From a virus (Duplodnaviria > Caudoviricetes): a stretch of 64,000 nucleotides of DNA. Shown piece after piece: positions 38,991-49,495 of the stretch (its first letter is position 1; the number at the start of each line of letters is the position of its first letter). The position numbers and the translations under genes are program-made. The DNA is taken from positions 64,001 to 128,000 of IMG/VR virus record IMGVR_UViG_3300014205_000175. One strand, 5' to 3'. Under the pieces are notes generated by a model. That model saw nothing but the letters and a program-made list of their open reading frames with translations. It did no database searches and was not told the DNA's origin.

Positions 38991-41060
38991 TTAGTATTCC
39001 GAGAAATACCGGGTAAGTGCAGGTGTTTCAACAGTCAGTGTGGCCGTTGTAACTGGTAGTGTCGTGGTATTATTGGTTAGTGTGGATGTCACTACAGGTA
39101 GTGTGCGTGCGGTAGCACTTACGGTCGCTATATCCCATGATAAATCGGTCATGTTAGCACCAACTAACGGACCTACAGTTACATCGCCTGTAGACGCTAT
39201 GCGACTAACGTATGAGTCATAATCACCACTGTCTTGTTGCCCCACCGCATAAATTGTAGTATTATTGGGTGATATGGCTACCCCTAGGAAGTGATTATAA
39301 CTACTATTGCCACCATGTAATACTCGCTGCCAGACTAAAGTGCTGTCGGTATTCCAACGGGTGATATGAGCGGTAACAGTGTCACTAGCATCTGGAGAGT
39401 ATTGGTGACCTACCGTATATATACTGCTGCCGTCAGGCGATACGGTTATTCCTTCGAAGATATTCTCAGAACCATCTTCTATCGAACTCTGCCAGACGAG
39501 ATTACCGCCAGTATCCCAACGAGTAATATATGCATCACCGTTAAGGCTGCCCTGAGACCACTGCTGACCAGCAGCATAGATTGCACTTCCATCGGGCGAT
39601 ACAGTAACTCCTTCGAAACAGTCGTAGCTTCCTCCGCCTGTCACTCGCTGCCACATTAGGTTACCCGAGGCATCCCAACAGGTGATAAAAGCATCGAAGT
39701 CATTGCTGTTGTTGGGAGAATTATGGCGACCTACAGCATAAATGGCATTACCGCTAGGAGCTATAGCTACTCCGCGAAAGTAGTCTTGATAACCACCATC
39801 CACCGAGCGCTGCCACACGAGGTTACCCGAGGTATTCCAACGGGTGATGTAAGCATTATTGCGACTGCCGTCTTCCGCGAAATGACGACCTACAGCGTAA
39901 ATAGCTGTACCGTCTGCCGAAATAGCTATTCCGTCAAAATATTTATCGCTCGCACCATCTATCAAACTCTGCCATACCAAAATGCCATTAGCGTCCCAAC
40001 GAGTGATGAAAGCCTGGTCGTGAGGACTAGAGGAACTTTGATGTCCCACTGCGTAGATTGTATCACCATCTGGCGACACAGTAACACCTTCAAAATATTC
40101 GTACGACCAATCTTTACTAACGTCATTCATAGAACGCTGCCATATAAGGTTACCTAAGGCATCCCAGCGTGTTATGTAAGCGTTATCACTATCAGTATCT
40201 GAAGAATAATAATACCCTACAGCATAGATCGCCGTACCATCAGGTGATATAGCGACTCCACGCAAGGTGTCGATATGCTCATCGCCGCCTATTTTTCCTA
40301 CCCAACCTTGAATCTCATATACGGTGAAAGCTACTGCTGCAGACCATTCTGACCAGCCGCCTAACACGCTATGATGTCTGACTCGTATGTAGTATGGTGT
40401 AGCTTCGACTAGAGGGTCAGTAGGAGTCCATGTAGTAAAATTAGCCGTACCTTCATAAAAGTGAGTCAGTGCAGCGAAATCCTCGGTAGCGGAGATCTCC
40501 CAGCGTACCTGGTTTTGTGTTTGAATAGTGCCACGGTATTGAAAGGATGAAGATTCGAATGTTTGATACTGTGATACATTGGCGCCATTGTATGACGGCG
40601 AAATAATTTCAGGCGTTTGTACAACGGCATTTAATATCGTGATGCCGAATGTACGATTGTTAATCGTGAAACCGCCATCATTAATAGAACTAGGTGTGTA
40701 GGTGACAGTGTCAGCATTGCGGGTTACTGTGCCGTTGGTGGTATTCACGGTATAAGATTTGAAACTATCGTAGTCGGTTATGGTGTAAACCACCGCCTCA
40801 TTCAGATATACTGATACGGGACCATAGATGCTAATGCTATTTTCAATGATTCCATCTGGCATATTAACCATGGAGATTTTAGCAGTAGGATCGAGTCCGG
40901 CTACACCATTAGCCACACCTAGTTCATCGCGCTGAATCCATTCCATAGTAGTAGCAGCAGTATCAGGGGTGGTGGCAGCTGTACCACCTAGTTTTACAGG
41001 TACGATGCCAGTCAGCCCTGCGCTGTTATGAAAAGCTGGGTTATATAAAGCTCTAGCCAT
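38991..41060 (-). CDS. Tail-fibre/receptor-binding-like protein, paralogue 2, with about 7 beta-propeller repeats
   Basis: N-terminal ~250 aa alignable to 35957..38041; ~56-aa repeats GVAISPDGTAIYAVG...AYITRWDxxGNLVWQ; both proteins end FSEY. Confidence 0.65.
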   Translation of the reverse strand: MARALYNPAFHNSAGLTGIVPVKLGGTAATTPDTAATTMEWIQRDELGVANGVAGLDPTAKISMVNMPDGIIENSISIYGPVSVYLNEAVVYTITDYDSFKSYTVNTTNGTVTRNADTVTYTPSSINDGGFTINNRTFGITILNAVVQTPEIISPSYNGANVSQYQTFESSSFQYRGTIQTQNQVRWEISATEDFAALTHFYEGTANFTTWTPTDPLVEATPYYIRVRHHSVLGGWSEWSAAVAFTVYEIQGWVGKIGGDEHIDTLRGVAISPDGTAIYAVGYYYSSDTDSDNAYITRWDALGNLIWQRSMNDVSKDWSYEYFEGVTVSPDGDTIYAVGHQSSSSPHDQAFITRWDANGILVWQSLIDGASDKYFDGIAISADGTAIYAVGRHFAEDGSRNNAYITRWNTSGNLVWQRSVDGGYQDYFRGVAIAPSGNAIYAVGRHNSPNNSNDFDAFITCWDASGNLMWQRVTGGGSYDCFEGVTVSPDGSAIYAAGQQWSQGSLNGDAYITRWDTGGNLVWQSSIEDGSENIFEGITVSPDGSSIYTVGHQYSPDASDTVTAHITRWNTDSTLVWQRVLHGGNSSYNHFLGVAISPNNTTIYAVGQQDSGDYDSYVSRIASTGDVTVGPLVGANMTDLSWDIATVSATARTLPVVTSTLTNNTTTLPVTTATLTVETPALTRYFSEY

Positions 41061-41156
41061 TTGAAGCTCCTCATGGAATTTAACTATCCACTGGATGAGT
41101 TGGATTTAAAAACCGTAACCACCAGAGGCTCATTAGGCCTCTGGTGGTTACGGTCG

Positions 41157-42245
41157 CTATGTATCTAGCAGTGCGTCTAGAAGATCATTGGTCTCGGTTA
41201 ACTGCTCTTTCGGTAACACATTAGCAAGCACACTATCGCGACGTAGCCGACGAATATCTCGTTGCATGCGGTTGATGAGTTGCTGGTTACGTCGCACTGA
41301 ACTCACTCCACCTAGATCGATGAGATACTTCATCACCGTCGTGCGACTGAGTGTTACTGCCCACCATACCTGACGCGTCGGGGCTATTTCAGGCAGCTGT
41401 AAAGACTCAGCCATGTCCCGACCTGATATGCTAGGCAGAGCAGACAGGAGCCATTCGTACGCCATGTTTTTGTCATAGTAGTCCTCGGTGAGTTTGAGTA
41501 ACACTCCGTCGAGCTTGGTGGCGTAATCGACAACCGGAAACGGATGCTTGAAACGCGCTTCACCCATCTCTACATCGTACAAAAGCCGCATCAGGCGATT
41601 CATCACGACGATATCGGTGTGACGATAGAGCATGTTGGGGAGCACGTACATATGCACGAAATGCGTGATACCGAGCATACCGCCATCGAGTAGCTGGCGT
41701 CTTAAGAGCTGATCGCGTAAAAAGCAACGCAGCTGTACAGCCAACAACGGGATATTGATACTGATGACTGAAAAGCCCGTGTCAGTGCCGCTGGATCGAC
41801 CATTGCCAAGCATGAAGCCTAGATCGCTTTTCGGGTGCCAGATCGTCGAGACGGCATTAATACGTTGCCAGTTTCTCTCGGCATAGCTAGCGTCAAAATA
41901 ACTGTCTTCGTAGATGATGACTTCGTGACTACCTACGCCGTAGAAAGCACCGTGATGCACTGCTCCGGTTTCGATGTCGCTAGTCATACGGAAAGCTTTA
42001 GCGATGTACGGGGCTCTAGCGCGCGTGCTCTCGATGAAGCGATCCAGCTCGTACTGCATCGGAGTGTCGACGTGGGTTAGGAGCCGCACGAGAAAGTGCT
42101 GGTTCTTGACTGCATAGACACGGTTGTTATAGTAGTCTTGAATCGTTAAAAGCTCGCGCAGATACGTGCCCTTGATGTATTCGAATTCTGCTGGCATGCG
42201 TTGCGCATTAGGGGAGCGCGCCACCCGTTGAAATAATTCTAACAT
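41157..42245 (-). CDS. Conserved phiKZ-like virion protein (gp52-like)
   Basis: 362 aa; VKNQHFLVRLL and FVHMYVLPNML; synteny between polymerase and chimallin regions. Confidence 0.55.
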   Translation of the reverse strand: MLELFQRVARSPNAQRMPAEFEYIKGTYLRELLTIQDYYNNRVYAVKNQHFLVRLLTHVDTPMQYELDRFIESTRARAPYIAKAFRMTSDIETGAVHHGAFYGVGSHEVIIYEDSYFDASYAERNWQRINAVSTIWHPKSDLGFMLGNGRSSGTDTGFSVISINIPLLAVQLRCFLRDQLLRRQLLDGGMLGITHFVHMYVLPNMLYRHTDIVVMNRLMRLLYDVEMGEARFKHPFPVVDYATKLDGVLLKLTEDYYDKNMAYEWLLSALPSISGRDMAESLQLPEIAPTRQVWWAVTLSRTTVMKYLIDLGGVSSVRRNQQLINRMQRDIRRLRRDSVLANVLPKEQLTETNDLLDALLDT

Positions 42246-42299
42246 TCGCCCAACCTCAGTATGGCTTCTCAGAGGATTTATCTGAAAAAAACGTAGTCA

Positions 42300-42338
42300 C
42301 ATATATATTCAATGAAGACTGTCACTACCGACATCTTC
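42300..42338 (+). promoter_or_regulatory. Early-promoter-like motif plus leader hairpin (loop ACTACC)
   Basis: CATATATATTCAATG followed by GAAGA(C)TGTC-ACTACC-GACATCTTC. Confidence 0.75.
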
Positions 42339-42365
42339 TCACATCTGCCCTAAGGAGCTTCCATC

Positions 42366-42617
42366 ATGACCAGCACCACTAGCACCATCGCCATTTTTCA
42401 AAACAAAGAAGACGCCGTGAAGCTCGTCGAGAGCAGGGTTGCTGCCGGCGAATACAGCATCGAAAAAATCGAGAGTTTGGGACTAGTGTGGCTGCACCCG
42501 AATCCCGATATGACAGCAGAACAAGATAGTGTTTGCGGCACAAGCAAAGAAGAAGTCATCGAGCTGTATGCTACAGTCTGCGCCCAATCCATCGGCTACG
42601 ACTGGGCATTCGAGTAA
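42366..42617 (+). CDS. Small hypothetical early protein
   Basis: 83 aa, AAGGAG RBS. Confidence 0.65.
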   Translation: MTSTTSTIAIFQNKEDAVKLVESRVAAGEYSIEKIESLGLVWLHPNPDMTAEQDSVCGTSKEEVIELYATVCAQSIGYDWAFE

Positions 42618-42695
42618 CCTTTAGCCATCAAATCAAAAGAGAGCCACCGTGGGCTCTCTTATCGTCAGCACCCTATCTCTAAGGAGTAATGCACC

Positions 42696-43931
42696 ATGGC
42701 TTCCATCAAAGACCTTCTCATCACCCGTGTCGAAATCAACGCCCTGAAAGATCAGCAGGATAGTAAAATTGACGTGGCTCTTTTTAAGAGTGTTCGTCAG
42801 GATGACGCATATTTTTGTGTCAGGGTTTCTGATGAATCGTCTGCATCTGAGTTCAGGTGCTGTGACGAATACGGTCAAATCAGTAACGCTTTTATCTTTG
42901 AGCGTGAGCTGGTGCTGGAAAGTAAAAATCCGTGGAAGGATATCGATTGCGAAAAACTAATCGGTAACTATGGTGCACTGATGCATCATTCGTCATACAA
43001 ATTTCCCTACCCAACTCCTCGCCGTATTCATCTCACGGTAGAAAAAGATACCGTGTGGAGAGCGATTTATAAATCTCTGTATCTTTCTTCTCGGGATGAG
43101 GGCAGTGTCGCTTTTGTGGGGTCGAGCAAAGACCGCTACAATGACATAACTAAAAAGAAATATACCGGAGGGTTCTTCGGTTCGTCTTGCACAGATATCC
43201 TTAACCACTATTTCGACAACATCCGAGCTATGTCGAATGACGGTAAAGAGGTTACTGAGGACGAGTGTTTGAAAGATATAGACGAACTCGTCAACCATAT
43301 TCTGCAGGGTATGGAAACCGATTTAGGTGATCGCATGCCGTTCTGGGTTGATATTAATGACACCTGGGATTCCATCATGAAAAAAGCACAGCAACCTATC
43401 GAGGCAGTAACTAACATCGAGGAGAAGGAAATGGATAAAACTGTGACTAACGAAGCCTCGGAACCTGAAATCAACGTAATGACAGTGAATCCTAACAGTG
43501 TCGTTGATGGCGACGCTTCTTCGCTGCAGGCCGTACCTTACCCAGAACTCTATGAGTTGCTGAGGAAGTATCTGAAAAACGAGCTTTATATGGTTCAGGC
43601 TACTCGCGGCATTAATCTGGCTTTCGGACAACTCGACAATATCGTTAGTTCTGATCAATGGGTGACTCTGGTGAAGATGCTCGATGGTGAAAACAGCGAT
43701 GTGGCTATCGAGTTGCTGCAAAAGTGCTGCACACTAGAGCCGGGTGTATCAGTAGAGCCTCTGGAGAAAAGGTTGGCTCGCGTGGAAAGTTTCAGTGTGA
43801 GTTTTCGGGAATTTACCCGTAAGCAACTTCCGAAGGATTTTCTTCCTATGTCGCAGGAGAGCTATTGTTATCTAAACTATGAAGCGGCTAAAGAGGTTGT
43901 CGAGACACTCTGCGTGCTAATGGCTAAATAA
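42696..43931 (+). CDS. Uncharacterised ~400-aa paralogue family, member 1
   Basis: IKDLLITR, LIGNYGALM, ILNHYFD, ILQGMETDLGDRM. Confidence 0.75.
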   Translation: MASIKDLLITRVEINALKDQQDSKIDVALFKSVRQDDAYFCVRVSDESSASEFRCCDEYGQISNAFIFERELVLESKNPWKDIDCEKLIGNYGALMHHSSYKFPYPTPRRIHLTVEKDTVWRAIYKSLYLSSRDEGSVAFVGSSKDRYNDITKKKYTGGFFGSSCTDILNHYFDNIRAMSNDGKEVTEDECLKDIDELVNHILQGMETDLGDRMPFWVDINDTWDSIMKKAQQPIEAVTNIEEKEMDKTVTNEASEPEINVMTVNPNSVVDGDASSLQAVPYPELYELLRKYLKNELYMVQATRGINLAFGQLDNIVSSDQWVTLVKMLDGENSDVAIELLQKCCTLEPGVSVEPLEKRLARVESFSVSFREFTRKQLPKDFLPMSQESYCYLNYEAAKEVVETLCVLMAK

Positions 43932-44021
43932 CATCGACCATGGTTTAGCTGGCGTCTATCGCAAATAGACGATAGGCGCCGGCGACATTGCAATGTTTTC
44001 TTATATCTAGGAGCTTCCATC

Positions 44022-45197
44022 ATGTCTACCATCAAAAACCTCATCGTCACCCGTGCACAAATCAACGCCCTGAGGGACAATCTTGACAGTGTCTGTAAGG
44101 TTGGTGTGTTTAAAAGTAAATGCGGATATGGTATATATTTTTATACGTTGCCGCCGTTTACAATTGAATTCACTGAAGAGATTCGTGACAAGACTGCTAT
44201 CCTTAATACCTTCAATTTTTATGGAACCAGGGAAATTGCACAGGGAGATCTATATATCAGCGACCGTAAAGATCTTATTAGCAACTACGGCGCACTGATG
44301 CAGTATGTAGAAAGTCCAGCTCGTTGCTTAAACCAACGTCGGCTGTTTGGTATGATATATGACGAACTGCATGCCGCATTACCCATTAGCCGTGACCGGT
44401 ATCCTGTCCCAGTCTCGGGCTGGCTTTTCAATGGTCGCAGTAAGGCTCGCTATAATACGGTAACGAAGCCTCGTACTGTCGTTATGCATTTCAAACTCAG
44501 CAGCAATATCGGTATCCTCAGGCATTACTTCGATGAGGTAACAGGGGTACAGGACTGGATCAATATTGAAACTAACACGGTAAACCTCACGACCATCGAA
44601 GAACTCACCGATTACATTCTGCAATGCATGGAAACTGACCTAGGAGATAACATGCTGATTACAGTCAACAACAAAGACACGTGGCAGTCCATTAACGAAA
44701 AGGTAGCCGTCGTTACGGCTGATCAACCCATCACAGAAGACCCCCCAGAAACTAATACCGTTCCTGCGTCTAGCCCAGAGGGTTCGGATTTTCTACGTGG
44801 TCTCGTCAACGACTATCTGAAGAACAAGCGCCAGAAGGTGCTGATTACTCTCCAACGGCACGAAGAAGATAAAGAGCTGTCAGACCCACTCAGTAACCGT
44901 GACTGGGACGTCATCTTTGCCTACATTCATCAAGAGCGTTTCTCTGAAGCGATCAGCGCCCTTTGTTCTATCGCCAAGATCGAACCCGACTCACCCCACC
45001 AGGTCTTCGATCGCGCAACTGCTCGCATCGGCTCGAACAGCACTCGTTTTCGTGAATATGCTCGGCGCTACTTTTGCGACGCAATGGCACAGCGGGCAAA
45101 AACCGAGGTCGGTACTACGATCGCTTATCTCGACTCAGTGACTGCCAAAGAAATCGTTCTAACAGTCGTGGCGCTACGTCCTGTAGTGGACTGCTGA
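44022..45197 (+). CDS. Uncharacterised ~400-aa paralogue family, member 2
   Basis: IKNLIVTR, LISNYGALM, ILRHYFD, DYILQCMETDLGDNM. Confidence 0.75.
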   Translation: MSTIKNLIVTRAQINALRDNLDSVCKVGVFKSKCGYGIYFYTLPPFTIEFTEEIRDKTAILNTFNFYGTREIAQGDLYISDRKDLISNYGALMQYVESPARCLNQRRLFGMIYDELHAALPISRDRYPVPVSGWLFNGRSKARYNTVTKPRTVVMHFKLSSNIGILRHYFDEVTGVQDWINIETNTVNLTTIEELTDYILQCMETDLGDNMLITVNNKDTWQSINEKVAVVTADQPITEDPPETNTVPASSPEGSDFLRGLVNDYLKNKRQKVLITLQRHEEDKELSDPLSNRDWDVIFAYIHQERFSEAISALCSIAKIEPDSPHQVFDRATARIGSNSTRFREYARRYFCDAMAQRAKTEVGTTIAYLDSVTAKEIVLTVVALRPVVDC

Positions 45198-45223
45198 CCA
45201 ACTACCCTCTTAGGAGCTTTAAA

Positions 45224-45448
45224 ATGACCAAAACCATAAAAGCCAAACTGAGTACACAAGACGAAGTGGTGACGGTGGAGGGTAGTGAGCTGCGGCTCTA
45301 TACCAATGGCGAAGGCGAGCTCTTCATCGAGACCAGCATGCGAACCTACCGCATGAAAGAATACGGGGGTTGTCTGCATGTGGCTGCCAGCCAGATGACG
45401 ATTAAACCCTACCACACTGCCACCGCTGCCGGCATTCTGATCAGCTAA
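45224..45448 (+). CDS. Small hypothetical protein
   Basis: Start MTKTIK at 45224 behind AGGAG; followed by terminator 45463-45502. Confidence 0.6.
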   Translation: MTKTIKAKLSTQDEVVTVEGSELRLYTNGEGELFIETSMRTYRMKEYGGCLHVAASQMTIKPYHTATAAGILIS

Positions 45449-45582
45449 GTGAGCTGGTCTCGATACACCTCTCGACCTTTATGGCCGGAGGTGTATTTTT
45501 TTGAATCCGTTACAGTCTTATATATAATGCATGGATACTAACACTATTGTTGGTACACCTCTACCCTCAGGAGCTCTATAGC

Positions 45583-46785
45583 ATGAAACTCAAAGACCTT
45601 ATTGTCACTCGCAGCGAAATCAACGAACTCACCCACCAGCCTCAGCAACTGGCTGGTTTGCTGGTAGCGTGCTATGAAAGTGAGCATGCGGATGACGTAT
45701 TTTTCTACTCTCGCGTTCGTTTTCATGAACTACCCGAAAGTGAAGTAGAAAATGATAACGTATATGCTCTTATCAGTCAAAATTTCACCTGCAAAGGAAT
45801 GACGGTACTCACTAGCAGCGATCCAATCTTCGATGGCCGTCGTCAGAAGCTATTGGGTAATTATGGCGCTCTGCTCGATTATATGCAGATCACGAACAAG
45901 CATGGCGACCAGAGCTATCCTGCCGCTACCGTGTATGACGTTGTGCGTGATGAAGTGCTTAGTTACATGGCCTACATTCCAGCATGGAGAGGTTCAGTAC
46001 AGACGATAGTCGGTATCAGTAAGCCGGCTTTTAATACGGCAAGCAAGAAAAGAAGAATCTTAGTGAACATGAACAAAAATAAGAACCCTGAGCTACTTAA
46101 CTACTATTTCGATACGCATGTTGAGACCCCGTCCACAGTGCTTCCCAATATTGAGGATGACACTGTAGATCTAAAAGGAGCAGGCTTAGTTTCGATCGTT
46201 GACTACATCATGCAATGTATGGAAACGGAGTGCGGTGATAAGATGCGGTATTTCGTCAACTCTACTGCGATATGGCGATCGCTTTGGGTAGAACGTCCGC
46301 AGGTGTCTAACAAAGGCGGCTCCTTTACTACGTCCGCAATCAATTATCTGCATGTAGTTGAAAAACTTACAGCCGTTTCGACATTTGAACAAGAGAGGCG
46401 ATATCAACTCTATGCCATAGCCATGCGGTACCTGAAAAAGGAGAAGCAACGCGCGGTGCTTGAGGCTGGTTGGTTGATAGATGACGAAGACACTCCAGCC
46501 ATCAGTCGCGAGCAATGGGACGAGACAGTAGTAGGGCTGGTGCGTGTAGGCGATCTCGACAAAGCAGCACAAACGCTGCAAGCGCTATGCACGGTAAAGC
46601 TACCGTCGTCGTTGACTGCCTTTGATAGGAAAACACGCCATATTCCTGAAAGCAGTAACGGTTTTCGTCAGTTTATGCTGGAGGAGCTCAGACAAAGCCC
46701 GGAAGCCAACCCTTCGCCGAGCGAATACCTGAGCTCCGAAGCAGCCCGTGAGATGATTATGGTAATCCGTTCGCTGATACTTTAA
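45583..46785 (+). CDS. Uncharacterised ~400-aa paralogue family, member 3
   Basis: Start MKLKDLIVTR at 45583 (AGGAG); LLGNYGALL, LLNYYFD, DYIMQCMETECGDKM. Confidence 0.75.
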   Translation: MKLKDLIVTRSEINELTHQPQQLAGLLVACYESEHADDVFFYSRVRFHELPESEVENDNVYALISQNFTCKGMTVLTSSDPIFDGRRQKLLGNYGALLDYMQITNKHGDQSYPAATVYDVVRDEVLSYMAYIPAWRGSVQTIVGISKPAFNTASKKRRILVNMNKNKNPELLNYYFDTHVETPSTVLPNIEDDTVDLKGAGLVSIVDYIMQCMETECGDKMRYFVNSTAIWRSLWVERPQVSNKGGSFTTSAINYLHVVEKLTAVSTFEQERRYQLYAIAMRYLKKEKQRAVLEAGWLIDDEDTPAISREQWDETVVGLVRVGDLDKAAQTLQALCTVKLPSSLTAFDRKTRHIPESSNGFRQFMLEELRQSPEANPSPSEYLSSEAAREMIMVIRSLIL

Positions 46786-46872
46786 AACCCCTCAGTAGTT
46801 ACACGCCCATACCCACTACGCCCGTCACTATTGATGGGCGTAGTCAATTAATCTTTACGGAGTTTTTATAGC

Positions 46873-47973
46873 ATGAAACTCGCCGACGTCATTTTCACTC
46901 GCAGTCAAATTGCTGAACTCGCTATCAGTTCAGAGACCGTTCCTCTACCCGTTCTTGGGTATTATCAAAGCCGACATACTGATGGTGCATCTTTCTATAT
47001 TCGTACTAGTGAAGACGAGTTTAAGAAATGCGCAGAATACGCCAGCATCAACCGTAACTTCAATTTCTGGCCGGATGTAGGATGTGGACAGTGTAACGAG
47101 CTAATATGCAGTGCTTTGTTACTGGGTAATCACGGTGCGGTAATGGATTACATTGATCTGAAAGAAAAACGTAACGATAGCCAGGAGACTAGTCTTTACG
47201 ATGTACTGCTAATCAAAGTAGCTGAGCTGGTATCGATATTCAAACACTACAATATCTTTTATGGCATTAGTAAAGCCCGATATAACCATAACCGTGCACC
47301 AAGAACTATCGGCATTTGCATCCGGCCAGAGATGTCGGTCTCGATGTTTACTCATTACTTCGATCAGATGGAGGGGTTAAATGACGGCGATGAAGATAAA
47401 GCAACTCATCTAACAGGCTTAGGTCCGATCACCGACTATATCATGCAGTGTATGGAAGAGGACCTAGGAGATAGGATGCCCTATGCGGTTCAACACGGCA
47501 GTACGTGGAACTCGGTGATACGGGAGATACAAACACCAGTTCCTAGTCGACACGTTTTAGAGCGACAGTGCATCGATGAGATGTATTCGATCTTAGCCGA
47601 TTACCTGCAACAAAAACGTGTCGACTACCTTAGGTCACGTGGGATGAATGTCGAAACCGTTTTAAACTTCGATCCATTAACCCCAGAACGCTGGGATGAT
47701 ATCATCCAGCGAATAGCCAGAGGGTTTTCAGATTCAGCCGTCGACGAATTGCTAAAACTAGCAACGTTGAAAATGGCTACGGTAGCAAGTGTGTTCGATG
47801 AGAAAACCAAGGGTCTTAGAGAGGATGTTTACGGCGAATTCATGGGTTTCATGCGTGATCGTCTAGGTGATATTGCTGAACGATCTATGTGTGGCGCATA
47901 TAGATGTTTGACCCCTGAGGAAGCTCGTAAAATTATCGACATTGCATCGGCTTTAATAGGAAAAACATCTTGA
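46873..47973 (+). CDS. Uncharacterised ~400-aa paralogue family, member 4
   Basis: LADVIFTR, LLGNHGAVM, FTHYFD, DYIMQCMEEDLGDRM. Confidence 0.75.
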   Translation: MKLADVIFTRSQIAELAISSETVPLPVLGYYQSRHTDGASFYIRTSEDEFKKCAEYASINRNFNFWPDVGCGQCNELICSALLLGNHGAVMDYIDLKEKRNDSQETSLYDVLLIKVAELVSIFKHYNIFYGISKARYNHNRAPRTIGICIRPEMSVSMFTHYFDQMEGLNDGDEDKATHLTGLGPITDYIMQCMEEDLGDRMPYAVQHGSTWNSVIREIQTPVPSRHVLERQCIDEMYSILADYLQQKRVDYLRSRGMNVETVLNFDPLTPERWDDIIQRIARGFSDSAVDELLKLATLKMATVASVFDEKTKGLREDVYGEFMGFMRDRLGDIAERSMCGAYRCLTPEEARKIIDIASALIGKTS

Positions 47974-48185
47974 GCGAAACCCTCGGTACCGTAGAGTTAG
48001 TGCCATGTGCAGTATGTAGCACAACAGCTAGGGAGGTCATTATGAGCAATATGGTAGGCTGTTACTGCGACAAGTGCGGTACAGGCATCAGTGTGTTGGT
48101 GGAGGTTCGCGAAGATAACTGTCAGGCAGTCAAAAACCAGCTACGCCAAGCTTGGAATAAACTACAAGGCATACGTATATCTTAG
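47970..48185 (+). CDS. Lar-like (restriction alleviation) zinc-ribbon protein
   Basis: LVPCAVC ... CYCDKCG ... AWNK, the CxxC/CxxC/WN layout of the Lar family. Confidence 0.55.
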   Translation: MSETLGTVELVPCAVCSTTAREVIMSNMVGCYCDKCGTGISVLVEVREDNCQAVKNQLRQAWNKLQGIRIS

Positions 48186-48305
48186 CCGTATCGTCACTCC
48201 CCATACCCGACATTATAGCCGGGTATGGGGAGTGTATGATTACATGATTTTTTTAAATACGGTTCATATAACATGAGCACCACTGATACTAATAAGGAAC
48301 TCGTC

Positions 48306-49424
48306 ATGAATGATCTCGCATCACTGGTTGTAACGCGCGCTGCTATCAACGATCTTCTAGGTGGAAAATTTGGTGAAGATATCGAGCTCTATGCTTTTAA
48401 AAGTGTCAATGATGACCATGTGCACTTCTTCTCTGCCGTAGACTATAAAGAGTTTAAACAGCGCTACCAGCTGAGCGATGTTTTTCGGCATTTTAATTTC
48501 TGGGGCCGGACACGTCTTTACGATGCCTCGGTGTTTGGTATACGCAATCGTAAAAATCTCCTTGGCAACCATGGCGCTGTGCTCGATTATATGCGCAGCA
48601 AAGAACATTTACCGACTACACAGCAAAAAACCGCACCGACGGTGTATGATGCGATATGGCAAGATTTATATACGCGAGTTTTTGATGGCAGTATGAATAA
48701 CCCCCTAAGGCATATTTTTTACGGCGTGAATAAAAAGCATTACGGCACCGGCTCTCAACGATGTTTTGTTCGCATGCCGGTAACCGATAAAGCTAATCTG
48801 GACATTTTGCACCACTATTTCGATGAGATCTCAGAGACTGAGCATTGTTGCGATAACACTGATAAACATATGAAAGGTTTGGATGACATTGCCGATTATA
48901 TCGTGCAGTGCATGGAGTTGGAGTTAGGGGCAGACATGCAGTTTTTCGCTCATGGTAAAAATACCTGGCAGGCTCTCATGGCAGCTACTCCATCCCAGAC
49001 ACTAAAAGCCGTAGCGGTATCGGCCGAGCAGACAGCTTCTACCGATTACATCTATCCCCTTTTGGTTAAATATCTGTATACTCAGCGTAATCAGGCACTG
49101 ACTGAAAATGGAGTATTAGTTAGCGATATTGACATTCCGATTTTGGATGACGTAACACGAGCTAGTTTTCTAACGCATTTAAATAACGGTCACACCGAAC
49201 TAGCGATCATTGAGTTAATGGACGCTTGCACTATCGAATTGCCTAGCTTGGGAGAAGAGTTCGATCTTAAAACGACTGACCTTAGATGTAACAGTGTCGT
49301 TTTTAGAAAGTTCATCCGCACGCATCTACCTGATGGTGTCCAGAAGAAAGTTCGTTGCTATTTGACAACCGAGACTGCCAAAGAAATCGTTTTGACTCTG
49401 GAAGCTTTGCTCGTTAAACGTTAA
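48306..49424 (+). CDS. Uncharacterised ~400-aa paralogue family, member 5
   Basis: Likely start MNDLASLVVTR at 48306; LLGNHGAVL, ILHHYFD, DYIVQCMELELGADM. Confidence 0.75.
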   Translation: MNDLASLVVTRAAINDLLGGKFGEDIELYAFKSVNDDHVHFFSAVDYKEFKQRYQLSDVFRHFNFWGRTRLYDASVFGIRNRKNLLGNHGAVLDYMRSKEHLPTTQQKTAPTVYDAIWQDLYTRVFDGSMNNPLRHIFYGVNKKHYGTGSQRCFVRMPVTDKANLDILHHYFDEISETEHCCDNTDKHMKGLDDIADYIVQCMELELGADMQFFAHGKNTWQALMAATPSQTLKAVAVSAEQTASTDYIYPLLVKYLYTQRNQALTENGVLVSDIDIPILDDVTRASFLTHLNNGHTELAIIELMDACTIELPSLGEEFDLKTTDLRCNSVVFRKFIRTHLPDGVQKKVRCYLTTETAKEIVLTLEALLVKR

Positions 49425-49495
49425 TTACTACCCTCATCCTCGTCCGGCCCTGCTGGCTGGCGAGGATGAGGATGTATTGGATTTTTTTAAAATGC

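Noticed and set aside
35957-41060. Invertible tail-fibre switch (Gin/Cin-like shufflon)
   Set aside because: Both genes are complete and in the same orientation, with no inverted crossover sites or invertase seen.
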